The notes under the pieces were generated by a model. That model worked only from the letters and a program-made list of their open reading frames with translations, was not told the DNA's origin and ran no database searches. From NCBI GenBank assembly GCA_000934665.2, contig KZ537972.1, forward strand, positions 186,001 through 238,803: 52,803 nucleotides of DNA, in the 5' to 3' direction. This DNA comes from Catajapyx aquilonaris (lineage: Eukaryota). Position 1 is the first letter of the stretch, and each line of letters begins with the position of its first letter. Below are positions 14,703 through 27,300 of the stretch, one piece after another. A program made the position numbers and the translations under genes.

Positions 14703-15366
14703 TTCAGCTAATATTCCTTTGTCGGTATGTATCCGTGTTTCTTTTAGCTGTTACTGTCATGCCCGCTTTTTTAAAACAAAAAAGTTACTGCATCTCAACA
14801 AACATTAGGACGACAGTTATATTGCAATCTAAAGTGACTCCATTTTCTTTTAGCAACACATTATTTTGGTTTTCCCTATTTTTCCTTCCAACAATGGAGT
14901 GTATATCCGTTATTGTCCTATATGATAGCAAAAAGTGCGCCTGTTCAACAAATTAATTAGCACCTGCGGGTTATGCCTTATTGCCTTTTCTTTGCGACTT
15001 TTCACGTGGTATGTGCGTGCGTGTGTGTCTCATCATTCTCTGGTGTGGGGTCAACTTAAATGTGATGTCAGTGGTCCCTGTCTCTCTGGAGGAAAAATGC
15101 TCTGCGAGTTTGACTGGGTGTCTTCTAACAATATCCATCTGACTTTTTGTGTGGGGGGAGAGTATAGCATTCATCAATATCACCGCGTCACAAAATAAGT
15201 AGTCTCGCTGAATATCACAAAAATTGGGGATATTTTTTTCTTCTTCAAACGATGTACACAGTAGGTCTTGAGGATTATTTACATCCCTGATTGGAACCAA
15301 GAATTATTAAAATGTTTATGACCATCACAGCTTTAGAATATTGGTTCAGGTTATTTCCATTGAACC

Positions 15367-18300
15367 TCAGCTGTGCTGGTGTCTTGGCGTGGTGCATCGA
15401 CTTACAGAATGGTGTTCTGTTTCCTGCAGCTTCCTTTGTTCTTGTCCGGCGGCAACATATGAAAACACGCACAGCACAGAGTAGCAGATTTGGTCTGCCT
15501 GTAAGAACAGCAAAGGACGTAGTATGTATACTAGCGACAAAAAAAACAGATGTGGTTCACACGGGCGTCGTTAGGTCGTTGGGATCCACCAATCAGCGCA
15601 GGTGCTGACTGGTGGATCCCGACCACCCAAAGATGCCCGTGTGAACTCAAAGCGAACCCAAGCTGTTTAAATTATTAATTAGGATTAAAATAAAATTGTA
15701 ACCAACAAAATGGGATTCTTACAACATCGATAAACACATCAAGCTAATGGACGCTGGCAGTGCAGACGTGTCAATTTCACTGAGATCACTCGGTGCAAAC
15801 TTAAAACCAATTTGTCCGCCTAAACGAAAAGGAAATTCAAAAAAGAAACAAAACATAAACAACAACTACTGTATCCGCCGCCTTCCCTAAACACCAAAAC
15901 TTACCATTGACGACTTGTATTTTCGTTGTATTATTTGTCTTGTTTTGGGGTCTGAAAGAAGAAAACGAAGATTTTTCCTGTTAGAATCAGATTTTTTTAA
16001 CCAAGATATATTGTACGACTAAGAGTCTGGATTACGCACTTGCTCCCTACTGGGCATTATTATATTGTATAATAAATGCAATATTGGAAGGCCAGGAAAT
16101 TGAGCGAAAAGGAGGAAAGAACGTTGTAATGAAGAGAAATGTCAACAAATTAATGGCAAGCAAAAGTACACGTTCACCCATGCGGCTTTGTTGATTTGGC
16201 CCTTTTTTTTGCGATTTACGCAGCACTCATAAGGGATTGTGGGCTTCCAAGAGTTAATTAATAAATAAAAATTGGCCACGCATGCACCACATTCTTCAAT
16301 ATATTTTTTTTCGTTTTACAAACTGATTGTGCGGAAAAAAAAGCAAAAAGCCAAATTAAATCAGGAAAGTAAATAAACCCAGAAAAGATATAAAAATAAA
16401 TAAAAAACTGGTTGAAAAATACTCACTATATTCTTCCAAGACAAATATAACTCCCTTGTGTGTGAAGCATTTGCGAATGTGATCCAGCCTTACAAAGAAC
16501 TAGAAAAGAAACAAAGAGTGGCATGTTTAGAAGGAGGAAACTGGCACAACCCCTACCAGTGCTGCTACGGATAATAATTGTGCTCTTTGCTCAGCTATTC
16601 TCTGTGCTGTGACAATAATAATGGTACTGCCTGCACTACACAACCAACATTGGGGAAAAAAGGGGGTGTTCTTTTTTTTACTGGAGCTTCCAAAAAACTA
16701 AGCACAAGCTCTCTCAAGTCCCTGGGTATAGGTAATACAGAAGGTTTGGTTGGTTTACAGAGGGTGGGTTACATTAATTTAGTTAGTTGTTATTTTGGAC
16801 CTCAAAGCCCACAACTCTCCTGCTTAATCCGGAGGGGAAAGCTTGACAAGATGTGCGTGACTAAGCCATAATTTTATTTATTTTTTAAAACTTTGCATAA
16901 GCATCGAAGCGTCACGTTTGTTGCTTTGCATAATATTAGTGGCAAACACTTCTCAAAAGGCGTAATGCGCCTCGCCTAGTAAAGCCCTATGATCTTTTTT
17001 TTTTAATGCAGCTCATAAAAGCAGAGTATTTTGGGAACATCCTGGGCCACATTCACTGTCATATGTCGATTTGATTATGTGTAGCACATAATTAGAAGAT
17101 TTTTTTTTAGTTGATACGATCGGACCTAAGTCTCATGTCAGCACTTTAATTCACGTTCCAACTTGTGGGACAGATATCGTCTTGGAGACGGGACATTACG
17201 TTAACATTCTGTTCCGTCTCCAAGTCGGGAAATTGTCATGCCCCCAGTTGTAAACATGAAAATTCTAAGCCCGGTCCTTTTTCCTCACACAAAAATTTAC
17301 ACAGAGCCACAGGACTTCCTGAAAGCAAGCTCTATACTTGCCGGAGCCGCTAATTGCAAATGGTAGCATCGACTGAATGTTAACTATATATGAAAAAAGC
17401 CCTTGCAAACTCCTCGTCCTGTCTCGTGGGAACAGTTTTGAGGGCAGCTGTAGCGCTACTTTCTACAGTGGAAAAAAGCGGCTAGCTACTATTTCTGTCA
17501 AATAGCAATCACTTACATAGTTTGGTTCACTCTGAAAAGTATTTTTTTTTGTCAACAAGGCAGGTACACAGAGGAGTAGGCATGTGAAGAGAAAGAGGAG
17601 ATGAGTTATGTACTTTGTACAAAAGCCGCACAGCCTGCCCGTTGCGAATATTATATCGGTATATGTCATTTTGGTGAGTACTATTTTTTTTGAGGCTATA
17701 TGTGGGCATTGCACAGAGTACCATGCAATATATTTTTTTTAAAAAAGAGTGCAAAGCGCAAGCCAATAACGAGGTAGCCAGCCACAGAGAGAGTTGGAGA
17801 TAGAAAGCAAGCTAATCTACCAGCATAGGGAACTTGAGAGATGGTCACAAAACACTGTGCATGTGTAAGGAACTGTGGTGCCATGCACTTTGGTTCAGGA
17901 CAAAATAACAAAGAATGGAGAGAAAAAGAATAGTTGGGGAAGTTTGTACTACAAAATCTCCTCCTCTCGAGGGGGGGTTTACAACAACAGTGCGGCTACG
18001 CATCCAACTATAGGTTATGGGTTATCCGAGCACTATTTTTGCATTACTGAGAGTTTCTCTCTATTTTTTTTTTGGTTACCAACAATCAAATGTGTTACCG
18101 GACAAGTCAGTAATACCTCAAAGTCCTGTCATCGGTAGCATGAAGGGGAAAAGAACAGGGAGAGAAAATGTTATTCTACCCACCATTTTTGTGTTCTTCT
18201 TCCATCGTTATCAAGGACCATCTCAAAAGTTCCTTAGCTTGTACTTTTTTGTCTCCAGGAAGTTGTACAGAACCAATTACATCGAGTTGATACGATGAAG

Positions 18301-21300
18301 AGTAGTAGTAGTAGATTGTCAAAGGCAAAAAGGCGAACATAATCAGCTTATAAAAAGGAATGTTACAGACAGCTGAAACATATGTTTCCCATGCAAAAGA
18401 GGACATTAAGATTGTGGGGGAGAGAGATAGAAAAAAATTTAATTAAAATAGATGTATCACCAGAAATATAGAGACTCGAAAAAATTAAAGGGGTAAAGAA
18501 TTACCTTTTGAGAACTGAGATCCAATGAATTGGAAGAACTATTTGTGTAGATACAGTTTTTTTTTCGTGACTTGGTTTTAAGAATGTAAAAGTTCAATAT
18601 AGCAAGCAGCAGGAAAGTTTGAGAGGTCCTTGCATAACATACATACATACAAATAGCAGATCACAGTAACAGTGTAGTTAGAGAAGAGAAGCTTGAAGAA
18701 AAAAAAGTGCACACTTCCAAAATGATTACTTCAGTCTTCGTGGTGCTTTTTTTGTCGTGTATTGTCAACCTTTGTTGTCTGAGAGTTAATCGATGTATGG
18801 GACACAAAACTTGTCCGAAACTGAACCCAAAAAACACAAACAGCGATAATTTTGTGTGTAGATGGTGGTCCCCAGTACCTTTTACGACACACGGGCAGAC
18901 TGTAGTGCTGCAAAAGAACATGTTAGTGAGGGCAGCTACGTCTTACTTGGTCACAATTTTAAAAATAAATAAATATATCGTTTTCTGGCGTGTAGTGTCG
19001 GTAGTTCAGCCAGGCAGTCTAGCACATTGCGAAGCAAAAAATGACAATGTTTGGTATAGTAAATAAGCTTGTAGCACACCCCATGTTGAATTACTGTGCT
19101 GTATATGTACAGTATAATGATTTGGAAGCTAGTCGATTGTATAATATAGTTTAACAATGGCCATACAAAGCTCAGCAATATAATATTGTGCCATACACAT
19201 CTATAAAAAAGAGAGAGAAACATGTTCAAAGCACAAGACTCGCCAGGGAACCAAACTCTCGACTTTGATCTGAAACGAGACCATCCAGCCATATTTTTCT
19301 GTTCCGTACCTATGTAATATTAATTTTTAGAACATTCCACAAGACGGAGGGAAAAAATTGTGTACAATATGCCAGAATCAGGCATGAGTTTACCTTGCTG
19401 TTGGCAAAGAGAAGCCCAACTCCTTCCATACACACTTGTAGCAATCCTCCTTCTCCAGTCTTCATGTCCTGAACCGGGAATTCTCCACCAAGTTCAACCC
19501 CTGGTTCAGCAGTGTTACCTCTAGCAGCTGCTTGACCCATAGCATCTTTTATGCAATAGTACAAATCCTTACACTGAAACAAGATATGGTGCAAAATCCG
19601 ACATTTCTCCCAAGATTTACAGCAGAAGAAGAGCTGACCTTCTTGGTGTAATATTTGTGGAGTTGGGTCTGACCACCGTTGCATCTCCAGAGACACAAGA
19701 CCTTGTTCTTCGGGCTGTAAGTCATGTTGACCAGCCTCTCAAACCACCACCTTTCAACTATGGTTCCATTGACTGATCTTAGGACTAGTCCATCTTCTCT
19801 GACCTCGAGGAAGAGAAGGTCACCGGAAGAGTCGATACCCGCATGAACTGTGAAGCTTTGACGGTGCATTTGACGCGAACCGAGAGGCCGCAGGTCGATG
19901 TCGTTACCATGCTGAAAATTGGTTTAGAAATGTGTTAAACTGCACTTATTGTCAACCTCATTACAACATGCATGTTGTACTAACCAAGTTGTTAATCTGG
20001 TCGAGAAGCTCGTTGACCTCTTGACTGTACACCAGCCCAATGTGACTCTTGCCAAGCAATCGACGCACTTTCTTTTTAATTTCCTGCTTGTTCACATTCA
20101 TCATCACCATGAAAGCGACTAGGTTGTATAACATTGTCGATAACAGCCGATCCTCTATGTGCTCCAGACGCTTCTTCTCAGTAACGTTCAAGGCACTGTA
20201 TCTGTAAGCACAAAGGAGATCATTTTAGGGCACCTGTTGCCTCAATCCATCTCTGCAAAATTGATTTACCTTTCCATCATTTCTCCAGGCCCTTGATCCA
20301 TCCCAACCACATCTCTCTCTTGAGCAACCGCGTCCAAAAACGCGTCTTCCCAAAATTGCATCTGGTCCCAAAGATTAGATCTATCCTTCAGGATCAATCC
20401 TGCAGGATTTCAAGTGTCACATTAGGAGAACACTGCAGATCAATTCACACACAAAATTGTTTCGATGTTCATCAAGTTTATGATCACATTACCTTCGAAT
20501 AGGTAAGTCCTGCCGGCCTCTGGGCTGGGTGTGGTTGAGGTGTTAATTATGTTTCCTCCGTGGTATCTAAACCCGGTGCTTAAGGAAGATTTGCTTGACC
20601 AAACGCTGGGACCTCGTTTACCTCTTCCTGGGAACTATAACCATGGAGGTTCAATATTCATATCCAAAAATGAGACGCTGTATCCACACCCCCCAATCAC
20701 TACATTGCTTTTAAACTACTAGAAAGCTGACATAACTAAATAGCATGCATCTACCTTTTACTCAAAAAAATTAGACAAAAAATAATAAGTCAAGAGATGC
20801 TGCATAGTGTGAATAATATATATTTTTTAAAAATATATAAAATGAAAAGGAGTAAGTAACTCAGGTGGTGTTTACTCACATTTCCCTGCTCAATCTCAGA
20901 ATCAGAAACCGTGCTTCGATACGAGTGCTGTGAGAGTCTTTGTCGCTGGTAGGCAGGGTTTGTGATAATGCTGCCTGCTTCGGAAGTGCTACAAGATGGC
21001 ACCCCTTCTGAGCCCAGGAGTGTGTCTGAGCCACCCTGCCACAGCATTGAAACAATGATTTCTCTCTTTCTCTCCCACGTTTCCAGTGCATGTTTTGCCT
21101 GCTTGTCGGATCTTTGTTCTTGACGCATGCTTTTTTTGTGTGCAAAACCAAGCGACGCCATTTGAACAGGCTCAAAAATGGCGTCAACAAGTGCGTCGAG
21201 TGATCAAAGGTTCAAGAAGAGCACAAAACATGGACGGAACCAGAAAAATTAACTTTTATAAAGGATTTAAAAGATTTAACTCCCAATAGTAAGAGCTTCA

Positions 21301-24300
21301 TCCAATAGGTGGATGGTGAGCGTGCATTTTTTAAATATTTCGTTTCGTGCAAACCAGAGATAGCGTTAGTATGTAACCAATCAGTGAAAATAAATGTAAT
21401 CGCATGCGTATGGGTAAGATACCCATAGATGCAGGGTGTAGCAAGACCTGAGAGCTAAAACGTTATTTCAAAAAAATTGCGCTTTCTGTACAAGTTACAA
21501 ATGAAACATTTAATCGATTGTTGCTCTTCAATCCTCTACCACCCTGCATTTGTGACGTCTTCAGCATTGACAAGTGACAGTGATAGTAACATGCATGCAA
21601 TTGCCAATTGACATAAATATGCTCCATAGCATCCAAAGAGGGTCTGATTTACCTCAGAGTCGAAGGAGGTCAGTTTGGCAATCAAGGACTGTCTCTTCTG
21701 GTTAAGAAGGTCCCGGAAGACTTCGGCCGCAGTGGAAGGCTCGTCTGTTTCTGACTGACTCGATTGCTGGGGCAGATTCAGCTTTGGAGGAGGAGGTTGA
21801 CTGTGAGACATACTCATCAGAGACTCTGTCTGGGAAGGCTTTCTCGAGTCAGAGTAGTGCTCGCCTGGTGGAGGCTGAGGTGACCCTCTAGGACTCTGAG
21901 GGGACTTCAAGTTCTCTCTGCTGCCAAACGGGCTCGAAACCTGTTGAATGAAACTGGTTACTTCACATTGTGTATATGGCTCAATGACCAATATTGAGAT
22001 TTAAAAATGGTACGTGCCTGAGATAGGGCTGCAGTGCTGGTTCCGCTCATCTCAACTCCTACTGCTTCACTGAGCTCTCGAGACCAGTAATGAGTGTGAG
22101 CAATTTCAAGCACTTGAAATGCAGAGGCCATTCCGCCCAATCCGTAATTTCCATACGTTTGTTCCAAACCGAAAATGACTGCTTGGAGAAGCTTCAGCAT
22201 GCCCTTCCACACGTTTTTACTGACACACTGTAAATTCAATTGAAGGTCAGTATACTGTCAAGTCAATTAAAAGCGTGTGAATCTTGCTACTGACCACGTC
22301 GTCTATGTGGTCATCAGGGCCTATCTTCTTATCCAGAGTCTTGTTGAGTCTGCTGACCATAAAGTTTCGAAAATTTTCATCCTCCATCAGCTTTTTGACA
22401 CGGTTCAATTTGAGCCAACCTACACCTTCTCCTTCCAAAACTTGGTTGATCACCTGCAATTTCAAAGATTGTTGTCTTCTGCTCCTCTTTTACTTTCACA
22501 CTACTTACGTCTTTAAGAAAGGCTTGATTTTCAGAGCTGGTGCTGGTTCTGTGCTCCATGCTTTGTACCCTCTGCTGTTCTTCCTGCTTAGCCTTCGACT
22601 GCGGCGTACTGTGCTTGATCAAGGAAGACTTTTCCGCCAAACCTTTACGACCTGCAGTCATGAACCCTAACATCAACATCATTTCTGATTTTCAATCCCC
22701 ACCATTAATACACACCTTTTGGAAACGGACCGAACATTTGAGACTTCTCTTTAGTCTTGGATGGTGGCACTGATGCTGGGCTTGCGGTTCGAGGACCGCC
22801 TTTTGAACCTGCTTCAACAATAGTGACTGATTACTGGAGTGTACACATTTTCATATTCCAAGATATTTTCTTCAGAAAATTGCTCAAGCTGATGGAGTTG
22901 TTTACTGAAAATAATGGTGCAAGAAGTATGGTAGTTACTTACCAAAGAGGTCGCTGAACATGCTGGTGGTTTGAGCAGCAATTCCGTTCAACTCGCTCGT
23001 CATGCTAGAAAAGAAGTCCCTGCTTATACTGGGTCCCATTTCTGGAGGAACCAAGGTTGTGCTGGAAGACCTTTCTCTTGGCCCTTGAGATTCGGTGGAC
23101 TCTCCCATGTTCTGTAACAACATTAGTTTATGCATCACCTTGCAATATTTTGTTTCCACAATTTGCTTACCTTGATCAGCCCTTTTTTGACAGCTGCTTC
23201 CTTAGCAGTTTTGGTCAGGTCTCCAAAAGTGTTCTTTCCAACGTGGGTCAAATCCTCGAACGTGCTTTTGCTGACCCCAGCAGCCGTTTTGCTAGCTTCC
23301 AGCGCTGTTTTGGATGCCTCGTGCATGGACTTGCTGGCTTCTTCGGCGGCCTTTTTGGCCTGCATCGTCAGCTGAAAACGACTTGGATGTGAGTTAACTC
23401 CGCGAAAGGCAAGATTCCCCGTAGTTTATTTTACCTGCTCCAGTCCAAATGGCGTCTTAAATCCCCCTTCCTCCCCGCTTGATTGCCTGCTTACGTCCCC
23501 TAATTTTTCTTTGGCTTGGACTTTCAGCTGAGAAGAAACACAACGACGAGAGACAAAGCGTAAGAGAAACGTACACCACAGACAAGTCATTTAGAGAGCA
23601 TCCCTTTGTTTGTCCCCTAGCACTATATGCTGCATCTAAACGCGAATTTTGTACGCCACAACATGCGCCCATGTTGCTATGTACAGGGTACGATGTCCAC
23701 AGTTTAAATGCGATATGAATTGTTTATCTCAGCATCCAATATTATTTGAATCACGACAAATGTTATAGATGGTATAAACATTTCTTCACGTCTCTACTAG
23801 TGGACTTGGGTACATGGCAACATGGATTGAATATGGAAGAATGGCCAGTGTCCAATATTCTTTTCTCTGCAGCGTGCAGCGGTGCGAAGGGCGGAAACTC
23901 TCTGTCACACAGTGTGCAAAAACCGGCCACTGAAATCACACGGTCATATAGTGCCAGTCGAATCGGGAGGAATGAAGAGAGGCCATGCATAAAGGCACCA
24001 AAGAAGAAGTGCTGGCACAATCCTCATGCAAGTGCTGAGGAGAAGGAAAAAAGAAATTCGTTGAGACACATAACACCGCCAGATTGTTTACGGTAAAATG
24101 ATCAGCCACAACACGTAGAAGAGAAACAACAGCCATCGTGCAAATATGATGTGAGAGCCACGACATCAGACTGGGGTTTGGGGAGGCCACATGGTTATTA
24201 CCTTGTCCATATGTGCTAAAAGGCCCTCCTGACTACTCTGGCGAGTGGTCTCTCTGACAAGCTCCTTGGCCTGCGAGGCAAACTGCTCGAGAAGAGACGA

Positions 24301-27300
24301 TTGACTACTCTGTCTGATCGGAGCCGCACCAGCACCCATGGAGCCAGCACTGGCTCCAGAACCTATGCTTGAGGTCCGGGCCACCATGCTTGTCAGGCTA
24401 GACTGCCTGGGGGGTGTGGGGCTAGTGGCGGACACCTATTTGTGATAGGAATTAAAGGGAAAGTCCATTTTTTCCCCATCTCTCACTGTATATCTCGGAC
24501 TCGGAAAAACATACGACATGAAAACACGTAGAAGGTTCAGAAAGAAAGGCGTATCCAACTTGGACGGTAACTTTGATATTGGTTAGATGTGAATAATATC
24601 AAAGTTTCCGGGTTTTGTTCAGACAACAAGCGGGACACGCCGTGTATTTTTTTTGTCGGTATATCTGTTGGTGTGGCATTGCGGTGCGGTAGATTCGGAC
24701 TGAAGAGTGAACAAGTCCAATCTTCAGATGGTGCCAAAACATTGCCTACAGCGGCGTTAAAGCGGTTTTCTACATGAGATTTTTAGCAGGTTCTACAGCA
24801 GGTACTGCCAATACGCTGACTACTGTAAGGAAGTGTTGTTGTTCCCCTGGTTTTAATTAAAAAAGCGTGCGCATAAAACTGGGGCTCTGAAAGCTGATTG
24901 TGTAAGATAGAACCAGGAAAGCAGTACACGACATTGAAGCCAGAAAGCTGAAGCTTACAGGGGTGACTGAGCGTCCAAGCCTGCTGCTGGGTTTGGGTGT
25001 GGATGGGATTTCCCTTTCTCGATCTGAACCAGCACCGCTCAGAGATACATCACTTCCCAGGCTGGGAGTAGGAGATCGGTGCCGAACCGACGATTGGTTA
25101 CTTACAACGGTTCTAGCTGTGGCAGTGGCCGTTGAGTTTGAGTCCGACTCGCCCTGGCTCAACATCTCGTCCTTTTCCTGCGCAGAACATAATATTTACA
25201 TCATTTTGGTTCAAGAAAGACGGTCAAAATGTGAACTTACTAAAGCATCAGTTTTGACTGGTATCACCTCTTCTTCTCCTGGCATTTTCATTTCTGTCTC
25301 CGAGTCGCGGTTGAAGCTGGGTATGCTCAGGTCGCTGTGGCTGGACGATGTTGATTCACCTGATCCAGGCAGGCTGCCCACTGATTCAGATGGGGTCATA
25401 CCGGGGTGGGTCATACCGGGGTACTGGAGCGTCGAAGGCGGATGGTACACCGACTTCATGTCCAGTCCACTTGACAGAGTTATTTGAGTCGCTTCATGGG
25501 CGCCTGAAATTTTTAAAGTCATTTATGTCTGGTTCTAGGTTTCAATTGCAGTGTTCTTACTTGGTGACAGGTCTGACGATTGCATTTCGGAGACAAAGTC
25601 GCTCAAAGACGAATATGAGGAACTGGTGCTGTCAGCACCTTCTGAATCTGACCCACTCTCATCTGAAACACACGTTGGATTAATTAATAACTATTAACTT
25701 GCGAACATAGAGTGTCCATTTCAGCCCACTTTAATGCGCTTCCCTATTTTCAAGGTCGAAATGGACAGACCAGGAGTGACCTGCGTGACATTACCTGTGG
25801 GTTGATTTTCCTGTTGTTGCATAGATCTAAGGGCACTGTTTAACGAGCTGTTCTCATCCCAGACTTTGAAATAAATGGGTTCCAATAAGTTGTTATACCA
25901 TTTGGGCTTGTCACCTATCTGGGTCGGATCAAACACTCCAGTTTGTATTCTCAAGAAGGCCACGTTTGACGGCGCAAGTGACCACTCGGCCAAAAACTCC
26001 ACTGCCTAAGATGTTGAAATGTTAGTCAAAATGTGTTGCGAAAAAATTTGGCAGCAAAGTACTGTACCTGTGTCCTGGCAAAACGGTTGAGAAAAGGACT
26101 GGCTTTGGGTCTGGATCGCAGAAAACTGTTGATTTGGAAGGCCACAACTGGGCGGGGATATAACCTCAGTGTACGAGTATGCTCGGTGAAATTTGCCAAC
26201 AAGTTTTGAGAGTTAAAAAACCGAACCTGGGAACAAAATCTCACGTTAAAATCGAACCGGAATATAATTTTCTTTTGGCTTGATTTTGCTTTCTCACCAT
26301 GGCGACTCTTGTGGCGACGTCTACAGAATCCACGTCGTTTCCATAGATGAACGGGTTAAATCCTCCTCTGGTCACGTGCGGATCCTGAACTTCCTGTTGG
26401 AGGACTTTAACGCTTTCGGGATTCAACTGATCCAGGTTTTTGATCGGTTGCGGTGACATGGACATGCTAGCCAGAGCCTGACGAATCCGAACGTCAGAAA
26501 ATGAGAGCCTTGTTGGGAGCAGGTAGCTTAACTATAGAAAAACAAATGTGCATGCAGTGAAAAATGATCTAGGGTGCTGCGTACTGGGGTGTCCTGTTTT
26601 GTTTTAAATTTCCAACTCCTGCCATTCCTTCTAACTCTCTACAAAGGCTTTCAAGAAACAAAACTATAGCTTTCTAACTATTTGTTTCTGCTAATATATT
26701 TTGCCAAGTGTAGCTATGTTCTACTTGGAAAATATTCAATCGGTGGTGGTGGAGAATATTCCTCAACTACCACATTGTAGTGTGTGTTGGGAGGGTGTAT
26801 GACGGTGTTGCATTGTCGTGCAAGCAAGGGAGGTGTAGGAAGAAATTGAGCTTATTTGCGGAAATGGTGCTGGAAGGACATTACACAGCACACTTATTTG
26901 GCATGCAAACATGCGGTAGACAGGAAAGAGCATAAGAGTAACCACTCAGGTCCTTATTTTCCTGTCAAGGAGCGAAATAATTATATAATTTTTTGTTGCA
27001 CTTACTGATATCGGAAATCCCTGTGGTGTTACAGATTGTTGAGTGAAGTACGAAAAGGAATGAGTGTTTCGTAATTAGAAACTAACTTACTAGAAGGAAT
27101 TTTTTTGGTAGAGAAAAGAAGCTACAACCTTGCTAGGCTTGCTGCCAACAATTAAATTACATGTGTCTAAATGCAGTGCCAGCAAGTCCAACAAGATGTA
27201 TAGTAAAGTAATGGATTTAAAAATGCTAATGAAATGAATGGAGATCCTATGTGATCTTAGTTAATTACTGCACACTACTTCCTTGACTGAAAATAACTGG

